NCBI GenBank assembly: GCA_965200155.1
Contig: CBDATR010000024.1
Span: forward strand, 256,001 to 320,000
Direction: 5' to 3'
Length of the DNA stretch: 64,000 nt
DNA from: Nitrosopumilaceae archaeon
Lineage (GTDB): Archaea; Thermoproteota; Nitrososphaeria; Nitrososphaerales; Nitrosopumilaceae
Positions within the stretch are counted from its first letter, which is position 1; every line of letters starts with the position of its first letter. The notes below the pieces were generated by a model. It was not told the DNA's origin. It searched no databases and saw only the letters and a program-made list of their open reading frames with translations. This document shows, in pieces, positions 45,236 through 55,128 of the stretch. Both the position numbers and the translations under genes were made by a program.

Positions 45236-46128
45236 TGAATGACATATGCCGGGCCGACGGCATAATATTCGACTGTGATGGTGTTTTGGTGGATGTGGCC
45301 CAATCATATACGGAGACCATAATCCGTACGGTGTCATACGTGATGCAGTGGTTGGGCATGCCCGGGGCGCCATCCATAACCCCTGCCATAATACAGTCCT
45401 TCAAGGATACCGGCAGCTACAATAACGAGATTGATTTGGCATATGCTGCCATACTGTGCCTGTCCGGCTCCGATCGCACCGGACTTAACCCGTCCGAGGT
45501 ACTTGATACAGGTTCCCGGTATCATGGCATATCTGACATGGAAGAATATGCTTCTACATTGGGTATATCTGATGTACTGGAGAGACTGTCATACCCAGGC
45601 AAGGACAGTATTGTCTCTGAGGTGTTTGATCAGCTGTTCTACGGGCCACGCCTTTATCATGAACGGTTCGGTATTCCATCCAGATTTAGCGAGCCTGGCT
45701 TAATAGAGAATGAGATACTGGTGATTGATACGCCGTTGTCCCAGTGGTTACGCACAAAGTTTGGCGAGCGGATAGGATTACTCACTGGCCGGAGCAGGAG
45801 ATCCGCCGAGTATACATTAGGTAAGTACATGAACTTGTTCAATGTGGATGCGTCCATGTTCCTGGAGGATATGCCAAGACACCTGGCAAAACCAAACCCG
45901 CAAACACTATCTGATGTCATTCGCGCCATGAATCTAAGACACTGTACATATGTGGGCGACTCTGCCGAGGACTTGATAATGGTAAAGGCAATGCCGGATA
46001 TGGTTACATTCGTCGGCGTATATGGCTCCGCACCAATCCCGGAGGATCGCCGCCGTGCATTTGAATCGGCAGGAGTTGTGCACATGGTGGGCTCCATTAC
46101 ACAGCTGCCCACCCTGTTGGGTCAGTAA
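45235..46128 (+). CDS. HAD hydrolase, probable histidinol-phosphatase
   Basis: FDCDGVL, KPNP and VGDSAED; coupled to hisC by TAATG. Confidence 0.8.
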   Translation: MNDICRADGIIFDCDGVLVDVAQSYTETIIRTVSYVMQWLGMPGAPSITPAIIQSFKDTGSYNNEIDLAYAAILCLSGSDRTGLNPSEVLDTGSRYHGISDMEEYASTLGISDVLERLSYPGKDSIVSEVFDQLFYGPRLYHERFGIPSRFSEPGLIENEILVIDTPLSQWLRTKFGERIGLLTGRSRRSAEYTLGKYMNLFNVDASMFLEDMPRHLAKPNPQTLSDVIRAMNLRHCTYVGDSAEDLIMVKAMPDMVTFVGVYGSAPIPEDRRRAFESAGVVHMVGSITQLPTLLGQ

Positions 46129-46251
46129 CGCATATGTGCGTAAATTCACGTCCGACGGATCGCGATGATTAGGATATGTATCGTGATTCTCGACCCAATA
46201 TCCACCAGTAATACTTTACATTGCACAGTATACCATCTCATTCTCAGTATG

Positions 46252-46343
46252 GTGTGAGTTCGCTTGCGTTTACATTAATGCATAGCGGATCGTAGCAATC
46301 AGTATGGTTTTTGAGCACTGGGATTGGAGATGCGAATTCATAC
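46252..46343 (-). mobile_element. Ancient degenerate copy of the 92-bp MITE
   Basis: gtgtgagttcgc...gcgaattcatac, same 92-bp length, internal similarity by eye, no TSD. Confidence 0.65.
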
Positions 46344-46845
46344 AATCGGGATGTGTGGTTGGTGCTTAAGTGATCGTACTGCCTAAACGGTTTAACTGGT
46401 ACGTGAACTCAAGTTTGTTGTATAATCAAGTTACGTTGAAAAATTGCACTGGTGACAATAGTTTGTACATTTCCATCAGTGACAGTCATTAGATCCAAGT
46501 CAATAGTACGAAAAGTAAGTCCGCTTAGGATCCGGCGTACAGTAGTTCAGATTGCACAAGCCATATGGTAAAGAGAATAACAGAGGAATCAAGACAAAAG
46601 AGGCGTTGCCACAACCAACATAGCTCAAGACCCGAAACAAGACACGTACGAAGATTGTGAACCAGAGAACGGGAACTACTCGAGTAAAGATGGGCAGGCC
46701 CATGATACCAATCACCGCCACCCAGATACGAATGGTAACTGAATCATACAGCAAGGATCCCGCCGGAGTAGTACGTATTGCAAAGAGGCTTAGACATGAT
46801 ACATATCGCGCAGTATATCGCATAATGAAAAAGAACGGTACGGCA

Positions 46846-46955
46846 GGCTCATCACCTGCAAAGTCAGAGTGGGTACGCTATGCTGACTTGCTTGGTGCAC
46901 GATTCCATGCCGCTGCTCGGCTCATCACCTGTAAAGTCAGAGTGGGTACGCTATG
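46846..46955. repeat. 37-bp direct repeat (1 mismatch) flanking a 36-bp unique insert
   Basis: ggctcatcacctgYaaagtcagagtgggtacgctatg at 46846-46882 and 46919-46955; single copy in the paralogue at 4282-4318. Confidence 0.95.
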
Positions 46956-47280
46956 AGCGTAAATATTCCAATGTGGCACGTAGACTGGCATGTCATGAAA
47001 GATGAGCGCTTCAAGGGACTGAATCTCATAGATGATGCATCCAGGTGTATAGTCGGAGCGGCACTATTTGAGCATGCAACCTGAGAACGCCACTCTATTA
47101 CTGAGACTGGTAATGAAACGATTCGGCGACCCTGCATCTCGGATAACGGCGCGTGTTTCGTAGGACAATAAAAGGGCAAAAAGAACTGGAAACCCACTAT
47201 TCTAGGAAGAACTGCTGGATCAAGACATCATACTAATCAATTCCAGACCATGCCACCCGCAGACAAATGGCAAACTGGAG

Positions 47281-47379
47281 GTATGAGTTCACCTGTGTCT
47301 AAATTTACGCACAACTGATCGCGACAGTTAAAGAACCGGTTCTTTTGTGCACAAGATTCCGGAAGACGTGAACTCATAC
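47281..47379 (-). mobile_element. 99-bp MITE variant C, copy 9
   Basis: TSD aactggag; empty site in IS481 copy A near 4634; internal palindrome aaagaaccggttcttt. Confidence 0.95.
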
Positions 47380-47659
47380 AACTGGAGCGCTTCCACAGAA
47401 CGATTGAGGACGAGATATGACATCATGACAGTCTCCGGGATTATGTTGACTACTACAATGAGAGAAGATTGCACTTCTCACTGGATAGATAACGGCGAAA
47501 CACCACTCCAGGAATAAAAAGGCGACCCAGACAATTAGGGCAAATGATGCAAAATGGATGGAGCGGGATGCCAATGACTAGCGGACCGACTTTTCATACA
47601 TTACAACTCCCACATTGGGGCCAAAGTTGTTAAATGGTATTTCCGGTCTCTATATCATA

Positions 47660-48244
47660 ATGAACCGCACGTGTAGTATGAAACGCACAACCTCGGAGAC
47701 AGATGTTGGGGTATCGGTGAACCTGGATGGGCTGGGCAAGGCCGACGTTGAAACAGGCAACAAATTCATAAATCACCTGATAGCGTCCTTCTCTCACCAT
47801 TCCATGATGGATGTACATGTGCGCGCCAGCTCACTGGACGGTATACTTCACCACTTGGTGGAGGATACCGCGATTACCCTGGGAAAGGCCATCTGTGATG
47901 CCCTGGGGAGCAGGCATGGCGTGGCGCGGTTCGGGCACACATCCATACCCATGGATGAGGCCCTGGTGGAGGTATCTGTAGATTTGATAAGACGCCCATA
48001 TGGCATGGTGAATCTGTCCCTAAAGGGGGACTCCGTGGAGAATGTGCCCCATGAGGATATAACCCACTTCTTTGCCTCACTAATACAGAATATGGAGGCA
48101 TGCGTGCATGTGCGTGTCATATACGGCGATAACGATCACCACAAATCCGAGGCGGCAATAAAGGCACTGGCAGTATCGATGCGGCAGGCAATATCCCCTG
48201 ACAGTAAGTATTCGGGAGCTCCCAGTACCAAGGGGACCATGTAA
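47660..48244 (+). CDS. hisB: Imidazoleglycerol-phosphate dehydratase
   Basis: R.TSETD, HHLVED, PMDEAL, NDHHKSEA and PSTKG. Confidence 0.95.
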   Translation: MNRTCSMKRTTSETDVGVSVNLDGLGKADVETGNKFINHLIASFSHHSMMDVHVRASSLDGILHHLVEDTAITLGKAICDALGSRHGVARFGHTSIPMDEALVEVSVDLIRRPYGMVNLSLKGDSVENVPHEDITHFFASLIQNMEACVHVRVIYGDNDHHKSEAAIKALAVSMRQAISPDSKYSGAPSTKGTM

Positions 48245-48840
48245 TGGTCCGTCTGGCGCTGTATGATTATGGTGCGGGAAACATATTCAGCCTAAAAAAC
48301 TCTTTTGAGAGACTGGGAGCCCAGGTGGATGTAATTGCCGACTTTGGCAAAACAGGATACTCCGGGTTACTGCTTCCTGGTGTGGGCAGCTTTGATGCAG
48401 CCATGCTGGATATGCCGAATCCGGGCATCCATGAATTTGCCGGTGACACATTACCGGTTTTGGGCATATGTCTGGGCATGGAGATGTTTCTGGATTCCAG
48501 TGACGAGGGGAGCGAGGCCGGTCTTGGTGTCATACCGGGCAGGGTGGAATCGTTACCCCCCACCCTGAAGGTACCACATATGGGGTGGAACAGTTTGGTT
48601 ATACACAGGCAGGGAATACTGCTGAATGGTGTTGATAACAGTTCATGGGTATACTATGTACACTCATACATGACTCATCCTGATGATGATGCAGTCATAA
48701 CCGCGGTATCAGACTACGGCATGAATATACCGGCCGTACTTGAGAGGGGTAATTATTTCGGTACACAGTTTCATCCGGAAAAGTCCGGACCCACGGGCCA
48801 GCTTATACTGGAGAATTTTCTGCGTGAATGTAAAAAATGA
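48244..48840 (+). CDS. hisH: Imidazole glycerol phosphate synthase subunit HisH
   Basis: DYGAGN, LPGVG, GICLGM, PHMGWN and QFHPEKS. Confidence 0.96.
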   Translation: MVRLALYDYGAGNIFSLKNSFERLGAQVDVIADFGKTGYSGLLLPGVGSFDAAMLDMPNPGIHEFAGDTLPVLGICLGMEMFLDSSDEGSEAGLGVIPGRVESLPPTLKVPHMGWNSLVIHRQGILLNGVDNSSWVYYVHSYMTHPDDDAVITAVSDYGMNIPAVLERGNYFGTQFHPEKSGPTGQLILENFLRECKK

Positions 48841-48853
48841 CTGGGGGAGTGAT

Positions 48854-49549
48854 ATGGTAAAGATAATTCCTGCCATCGATATAATGCAGGGACAGGTGGT
48901 AAGACTGTACCGGGGGGATCCGTCAAAAAAGACCGTGTACGGCGATGATCCGGTAGCCACCGCAAAACAGTGGGAATCGCAGGGCGCCCATATGCTGCAT
49001 GTGGTAGACCTTGATGCCACCCTCTCGATGGGGAGTAACTCGCATATCATACACGAGATAGCCCGGGCAGTATCAATTCCGGTGCAGGTCGCGGGCGGGC
49101 TTCGGGATGAGGGCGCCGTATCTGACATGCTGGCGCACGCCAATCGTGTTGTTATTGGCACGCTGGCCTTGGATACTGTCGCATTGCAGATTCTCCTGGA
49201 CCGTTATGGCAAGCGTATGGTGGTTTCTGTGGATCACAATAATGGCAACATGGTAACTCACGGGTGGAGGCGCGACTCGGGGCTGGACATGATATCGGCC
49301 ATGGCAAGATTCGTGTCCGCGGGTGTAACACAGTTCCTTGTAACTGATGTGTCCCGGGACGGCACCTTGAGCGGGCCGGACATGAAAGGGCTAAGTCGCG
49401 CATGCGCCATAGGTGATGTAATAGCCAGTGGCGGCATATCTGGCCCCGCTGATGTCTGGGCGGTATCCCACCTCAACCCATATGGCGTGATACTGGGTAA
49501 GGCGCTATACGAGAAAAGACTAACCATTCCTGAGGTACTGCAATGCTAA
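48854..49549 (+). CDS. hisA: ProFAR isomerase
   Basis: IIPAIDI..G.VVRL, HVVDLD, DGTLSGP and SGGI. Confidence 0.95.
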   Translation: MVKIIPAIDIMQGQVVRLYRGDPSKKTVYGDDPVATAKQWESQGAHMLHVVDLDATLSMGSNSHIIHEIARAVSIPVQVAGGLRDEGAVSDMLAHANRVVIGTLALDTVALQILLDRYGKRMVVSVDHNNGNMVTHGWRRDSGLDMISAMARFVSAGVTQFLVTDVSRDGTLSGPDMKGLSRACAIGDVIASGGISGPADVWAVSHLNPYGVILGKALYEKRLTIPEVLQC

Positions 49550-50346
49550 CCCGCAGAATAATCCCCTGCCTGGACGTAAAAGGCGGCAGGGTGGTCAAGG
49601 GCTTGCAGTTCCGCGATATCCGGGATGCTGGGGACCCCGTTGAGATGGGTTCCAGATACAGTAATGGGGGGGCAGACGAGCTGGTATTTCTTGACATCAC
49701 AGCTTCCGAGGAGCGCCGTCGCACCATAGCCAAGCTGGTTCGTGATGTTGCCAGGGTTCTTGACATACCATTCACTGTGGGCGGCGGTGTTGCGTCCGTC
49801 GAGGATGCACGTAACATACTGTTGAATGGTGCAGACAAGGCCGGCACTAATACCGGTGCCATAAGAAATCCCGGCCTGATAACAGAGATGAGGGACATAT
49901 TTGGCCGCCAGTGCGTGGTGGTTGCAATCGACGCAAAAATGAACCGTAGTACCCCACCGGATACCGCCAGTATATTCCACGATGATGCGGGCAGCTTCTG
50001 GTACGAGGTCTGCATATATGGCGGCAAGAAACCAACCGGAATAGATGCCATATGGTGGGCTGGCCGCGCCGTGGATCTTGGTGCCGGCGAGATATTACTT
50101 ACCAGTATAGACCGGGATGGTACCAAGGACGGCTACGACATAACACTCACCGGTACTGTGGCCGACGCGGTGCCAGTACCAGTTATTGCCTCCGGGGGAT
50201 GCGGTACACCAAGGCACATGGCACAGGTATTGCAGGAGACCTCCGCGACCGCGGCCCTGGCGGCATCAATATTTCACTATGGTGAGCGGGCCATACATAA
50301 TGTAAAACAATACCTGGCAGAGAATAATATTCCCGTACGGTTATAA
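49543..50346 (+). CDS. hisF: Imidazole glycerol phosphate synthase subunit HisF
   Basis: RIIPCLDV, FLDITAS and GAGEILLTSIDRDGT. Confidence 0.96.
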   Translation: MLTRRIIPCLDVKGGRVVKGLQFRDIRDAGDPVEMGSRYSNGGADELVFLDITASEERRRTIAKLVRDVARVLDIPFTVGGGVASVEDARNILLNGADKAGTNTGAIRNPGLITEMRDIFGRQCVVVAIDAKMNRSTPPDTASIFHDDAGSFWYEVCIYGGKKPTGIDAIWWAGRAVDLGAGEILLTSIDRDGTKDGYDITLTGTVADAVPVPVIASGGCGTPRHMAQVLQETSATAALAASIFHYGERAIHNVKQYLAENNIPVRL

Positions 50347-50371
50347 TATTGGGCAATACTTGCCAAGTATA

Positions 50372-50695
50372 ATGAAACTGGCTGTTGACAATCTGGACTT
50401 TGCCAAGGGCTCGGGGATAATACCCGTAATAGTGCAGGACACAGAGACCATGGATGTACTGACACTCGCATACTGTAACAGGGAGGCCCTGAATCTCACA
50501 CTAAAGACGCGCAAGTCCTGGTTCTGGAGTCGATCCCGCCAGAAACTCTGGATGAAGGGTGAGGAGTCCGGGAATACACAGGAGGTGGTAAATATATTGG
50601 TGGACTGTGACTCAGATGCCATAATATACCTGGTGAGGCCATCGGGGCCTGCCTGCCATACCGGCCAGCGAAATTGCTTTCATAACACGCTGTAG
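50372..50695 (+). CDS. hisI: Phosphoribosyl-AMP cyclohydrolase
   Basis: WSRSR..LW.KGEESG, DCD.D and ACHTG..NCF. Confidence 0.95.
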   Translation: MKLAVDNLDFAKGSGIIPVIVQDTETMDVLTLAYCNREALNLTLKTRKSWFWSRSRQKLWMKGEESGNTQEVVNILVDCDSDAIIYLVRPSGPACHTGQRNCFHNTL

Positions 50696-50809
50696 TTACT
50701 TAATCACAGTATTGATGGCTATGTCATTATTACTGAACTTTTTTGTGGCTAAAATTAAGTATTACTTAATTTTGTATTAGGATTTCTTATTTATGCTGTC
50801 TCTGAGATA

Positions 50810-52027
50810 ATGTACATGACAGTGCGTTGTCTTGTGTGCAGGGAGTGTGGCAAGGAGTATGAGTTATCATTTCAGTACATATGCGAGGATTGCTTCGGGC
50901 CACTGGATGTAGCGTATAACATTCCCGCTCTGTCAAGGGACACCTTTGCATTGCGAGATCATACGTACTGGCGATATTCTGAACTGCTTCCCATGCAGTC
51001 ACGCTCTAATATAGTGAGTATAGACGCGGGCATGACCCCGCTCATACATGCGGAGCGGCTGGGCAAGGAGCTGGGTTTGAGCAATCTGTATATCAAGAAT
51101 GACTCGGTGAACTCAACATTCTCGTTCAAGGATCGTCCCGCGGGGGTGGCCGTATCCAAGGCAAAAGAGCTAGGTCTTGCCTCGGTAGGGTGTGCCTCTA
51201 CGGGCAATCTTGCCTCGGCTACTGCCGCGCATGCTGCCCGGGGCGGACTTCCGTGTTACGTATTTGCTCCCAGCGATATAGAGATGGCAAAGATTGTTCA
51301 GGCTCTCTCGTATGGCGCAAATTTTGTAGCCGTGGATGGCACGTATGATGATGCGAATACAATAGCCGCCCAGATTGGGGACAGGCAGCGCATCGGTGTA
51401 GTAAACATAAATCTGCGGTCATATTATGTGGAAGGCTCAAAGACCCTAGCCTATGAGGTGGCCGAACAACTGGACTGGCAGACTCCGGATCATCTTGTTA
51501 TTCCCGTCGGTAGTGGCGCCATGCTGAATGCCATATGCAAGGGATTTGAGGAGCTGCAGGAAGCATCACTGATAGATGACTGCACTGGAATACATCCACA
51601 TGCGGCCCAGCCAAGGGGATGCGCGCCCGTGGTTAGCGCCTACGAGAATGGCGGTCCCGTAATACCCGTGGAGAAACCACAAACGGTAGCAAAGAGCCTG
51701 GCAATCGGAGATCCCGGTGACGGGCGATACGTAATAAAGAGACTGAAACAGTATGGCGGGAGTGCTTATGAGTGCACGGACAGGGAGATACTTGATGGCA
51801 TCATACAGCTGGCAAAGACTGAGGGTATATTCACCGAACCCGCTGGCGGTGTGGCCGTGGCAGTACTAAAGAAAATGGCAGAATCCGGAGCCATATCCCG
51901 GGACGAGAAGGTGGTCTGTTATGTGACTGGTAATGGTTTAAAGGCGACTGAGTCCATAATGTCTGTGTTGGAAAAACCCAAGGTTTGGAGCCCCGATGTG
52001 GCAGAAATAGCGGCGGTGATAAAGTGA
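50810..52027 (+). CDS. thrC: Threonine synthase-like PLP enzyme
   Basis: N-terminal Zn ribbon, SFKDR, ASTGN and EGSKT. Confidence 0.88.
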   Translation: MYMTVRCLVCRECGKEYELSFQYICEDCFGPLDVAYNIPALSRDTFALRDHTYWRYSELLPMQSRSNIVSIDAGMTPLIHAERLGKELGLSNLYIKNDSVNSTFSFKDRPAGVAVSKAKELGLASVGCASTGNLASATAAHAARGGLPCYVFAPSDIEMAKIVQALSYGANFVAVDGTYDDANTIAAQIGDRQRIGVVNINLRSYYVEGSKTLAYEVAEQLDWQTPDHLVIPVGSGAMLNAICKGFEELQEASLIDDCTGIHPHAAQPRGCAPVVSAYENGGPVIPVEKPQTVAKSLAIGDPGDGRYVIKRLKQYGGSAYECTDREILDGIIQLAKTEGIFTEPAGGVAVAVLKKMAESGAISRDEKVVCYVTGNGLKATESIMSVLEKPKVWSPDVAEIAAVIK

Positions 52028-53352
52028 TGACGTCCATAACCTTTGTCATACCATCGGTACTGAACCGGGGTGGTGGTGAAAAGAAGCTGGATATGGATGT
52101 TGACTCCCTGTCGACGGCATTTGAAAATGCGGTATCTGCTATGGGTGATGACTTTGGGAGGCGCGTACTGGAGCCTGATGGTCAGCCCCGCGCCCTGATA
52201 AACATCTACATCAACGGCAAGAATGCAAAGTTCTCCGGCGGCATGGATGCTCCAATACAGGATGGTGATGAGGTATACATTCTGCCTGCGGTCGCGGGAG
52301 GATCCCAGGAACTCTCACGGCATGATCTAGACCGATACTCTAGGCAAGTGATGCTGGATGATATAGGATATGAGGGCCAGCTACGATTGCAGAACGCAAA
52401 GGTCTGTGTAGTGGGTACAGGTGGTTTGGGCAATCCCATAACCATACGCCTGGCCGCCATGGGTGTGGGCTTTTTGCGTATAGTGGACAGGGACGTAATC
52501 GAGCTCTCCAACCTGCCCCGGCAGGTAATGTTCACAGAGGATGATGTGGGACGGGTCAAGGTTGAGGCAGCCGCTGAGAAACTGCAAAAAATAAACCCAA
52601 ACTGTACAATACAGGCCATGGCCCTGTCGGTCAATGACTACTCTGCTGACGAGGTGGTACGGGGGTGTGATGTTGTAGTGGATGCACTGGATTCAGTGGA
52701 TGCCCGGTACGCGCTGAACAAGGCATGTATTGCCGCAAATATTCCCTTTGTTACGGGCGCCGCGGTTGGTGTCACAGGACAGGTATTTACCGTTCTGCCT
52801 AATAGCAGCGCCTGCTATCACTGCATGTTTCCGGCGCTGGATGAGGAGACAATGCCAACATGTAGCATAGAGGGCGTCCATCCGTCAATATTGTCCATAG
52901 TGGGCGGAATTGAGGTGGCCGAGACAGTAAAGGTATTGCTGAACAAGGCGCCTGGTCTGTCGGAGCGCATATTGTATATAGATATAGGCGATGATATGGC
53001 GTTCAGTCATACCAGGACATTTCGTGCCCCGGAGTGCCCCGTATGCGGTACGGGACAGGCGGAGCAGTCCGATACGTCAGACATTATAATAGAGGAACTC
53101 TGCGGGAGGAGTGGTGGCAAGAGGACGTTCTCTATCACTCCGGTCAACACCTTTGATGTGGATGCCGCCAAACTGACAAACGTGGCCCAGGAGCGTAACT
53201 TTACGGTAGAAAATTTGGGTGAGATGGGAATATCCCTTCGTAACGCCGACCTATATGTTGGTGTCATGAAGCGAGGATCTGCCATGGTTGTGGGCGCAAA
53301 AGATGAGAAAGAGGCAACATCATTGTATCTCCAGATTACCGGTTACTCCTAG
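52027..53352 (+). CDS. ThiS/MoaD ubiquitin-like domain fused to a ThiF/MoeB adenylyltransferase
   Basis: LPAVAGG followed by RYSRQ, GTGGLG, SNLPRQ and CxxC motifs. Confidence 0.9.
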   Translation: MTSITFVIPSVLNRGGGEKKLDMDVDSLSTAFENAVSAMGDDFGRRVLEPDGQPRALINIYINGKNAKFSGGMDAPIQDGDEVYILPAVAGGSQELSRHDLDRYSRQVMLDDIGYEGQLRLQNAKVCVVGTGGLGNPITIRLAAMGVGFLRIVDRDVIELSNLPRQVMFTEDDVGRVKVEAAAEKLQKINPNCTIQAMALSVNDYSADEVVRGCDVVVDALDSVDARYALNKACIAANIPFVTGAAVGVTGQVFTVLPNSSACYHCMFPALDEETMPTCSIEGVHPSILSIVGGIEVAETVKVLLNKAPGLSERILYIDIGDDMAFSHTRTFRAPECPVCGTGQAEQSDTSDIIIEELCGRSGGKRTFSITPVNTFDVDAAKLTNVAQERNFTVENLGEMGISLRNADLYVGVMKRGSAMVVGAKDEKEATSLYLQITGYS

Positions 53353-54503
53353 TTATTCTTGCGACCGGCGCTCACCAGCTCCAGCCTTCGACGGAATGCC
53401 ACCGCGACCGCGGTGGCCCCAATTCCCGCAAAGAAGAATATCCAGTAGGGCGAGGCGGATCCGCCTATTATAGCATATCCGCTGAGTGTGGGCCCTATGG
53501 TCCAGCCAATGCCAAATAGCGCCTCATAGGCTCCTATCATTCTGCCAGTAGTGTTCCTCTTGCTGCCCTGCAATATCACCTCCAGGGCCAACGGATACAG
53601 CGTAGAGAAGCCAAATCCCAGCAGTATGAGGGCAGCTGCGAACTCCACAAAAGTAGTACCGGCCGCGGATATGCCCATGCCAGCTGTTACCATTATTGCA
53701 GACATGACAAAGGTAAGGACGGCGCGCTTGGACATGTAGTCTGCCATAAGTAAGGATCCCACTCGCGTTATGCCGAACAGAAAGTACAGGATTAAGATGG
53801 CCGTATCATCCATGCCGCGCTCGTTCAGAAAGGCGGGGTATATGGTAAGTATGAGACCAAAAGCTGCCGTGCTAAACAAGAGAAGTGTAACTACGACGGG
53901 AAACCTGATTATGTGTCCGAAAGATTTGAGGTTTATCTCCCCGGTCCCCCTCTTGGGCGCCTTGTTGTACGTCATAACTGCGGAGACAAGGGCAGCTGCC
54001 ATAACATATGCTGTAATCTGGAATAGCATGCGGTAGTCCACATCTGAGAATTCCAGCATGGCGGCACTGATTAAAGGACCAACCATAAAGCCGATGGCAA
54101 AGAACATTATGTACCATGATATGTACTTGACCCTGCCACTGGAATCTCCGGAGAGGATTGCCTCTGAGGGTGGCCAGATGAATGCATGGGCTACCCCCAC
54201 CATGCCCCGATACACCACTACCTCTTCTACGGTAGTGGCAATTGAGGTCAGGTATAGTGATGCGGTATTGAGCAGTATCCCTATGGTCAATAGATATCCG
54301 TTGTTTATGCGATCCAGCAGGATGCCGACAAAGATCGGGATGATCATATACGGTATGAAGTTAACCATTCCAATCAGCCCCAACTCCGCGTATGACGCAC
54401 CTATGTCGTTCTTGGCGAAGATGGGCAGTATGGGTCCGTGCATTCCGTATGACGTGCCCACCATCATGGCTATGGCAAACAGGAGTATGACTACCCTCTT
54501 CAT
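53349..54503 (-). CDS. MFS transporter
   Basis: About 12 hydrophobic segments; GILLDR motif A-like. Confidence 0.88.
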   Translation of the reverse strand: MKRVVILLFAIAMMVGTSYGMHGPILPIFAKNDIGASYAELGLIGMVNFIPYMIIPIFVGILLDRINNGYLLTIGILLNTASLYLTSIATTVEEVVVYRGMVGVAHAFIWPPSEAILSGDSSGRVKYISWYIMFFAIGFMVGPLISAAMLEFSDVDYRMLFQITAYVMAAALVSAVMTYNKAPKRGTGEINLKSFGHIIRFPVVVTLLLFSTAAFGLILTIYPAFLNERGMDDTAILILYFLFGITRVGSLLMADYMSKRAVLTFVMSAIMVTAGMGISAAGTTFVEFAAALILLGFGFSTLYPLALEVILQGSKRNTTGRMIGAYEALFGIGWTIGPTLSGYAIIGGSASPYWIFFFAGIGATAVAVAFRRRLELVSAGRKNN

Positions 54504-54537
54504 ATCCTATATGCGGTGCATGATGGTTAAATTGTTA

Positions 54538-55070
54538 ATACGGCCTCAAGTCTTTGCCATGGTTTTTCATGACCTTCCTACCCTTCTTCACGTAATACCA
54601 TGCATGGCTTTGCTTCATAACCGCTCTGGCGTCTCCATGCGGTATTGGTATTTCACGTGAAACTCCTGGTTACACTGGATGCAGACGAATCTGCCACTAA
54701 CCGTGTTATGTACCAACATGGCCGGTGCCGTCACCAACTTGAATCCTTTTAGTCCCGCACTCTTGCCCCACAGCGGGGATCACGAGATTGGAGGTTTTGT
54801 TTGCATATGTGATTCGCCCTTTCATTGTAATATTCCCCTACTTTCTGATGGACTCAATGGCTTATGAATAATCTGTATTAATCGCTGTTATTTGCCGTGC
54901 GTCATTAAACACAGACGAGCTCAATACGAGATCATTTAACATCTGAGATGCGCTCTCATAGTGGGTGTCAGGTTAGGCTGCAAGTTAGAGTACATTGCCT
55001 CGCTTCATACTGGGGATTCGCATGACCTTGGCTGCCGATACCACTATGGGACAAAACGTGACTATAATCC
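54538..55070 (-). pseudogene. Highly decayed TnpB-element 3' remnant
   Basis: FVCIQCNQEFH matches the family C-terminus; catgaaaaaccatggcaaagactt matches the subterminal sequence of copy 4; boundaries approximate. Confidence 0.5.
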
Positions 55071-55128
55071 CTGTTTGGGTGATACGAATTTGTGGTATCC
55101 CTAAAGGCTTATAATTGAATTTTCATTT

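Larger units (their letters stand above)
46499..47605 (+). mobile_element. IS481-family remnant, copy B
   Basis: Near-identical to 3923-4861, with shared stops and deletions; carries a 73-bp duplication-insertion and a MITE. Confidence 0.87.

Noticed and set aside
49930-50010. Extra loop in HisF (NRSTPPDTASIFHDDAGSF)
   Set aside because: A similar-length loop is, to my recollection, normal in thaumarchaeal HisF; no duplication signature is visible.
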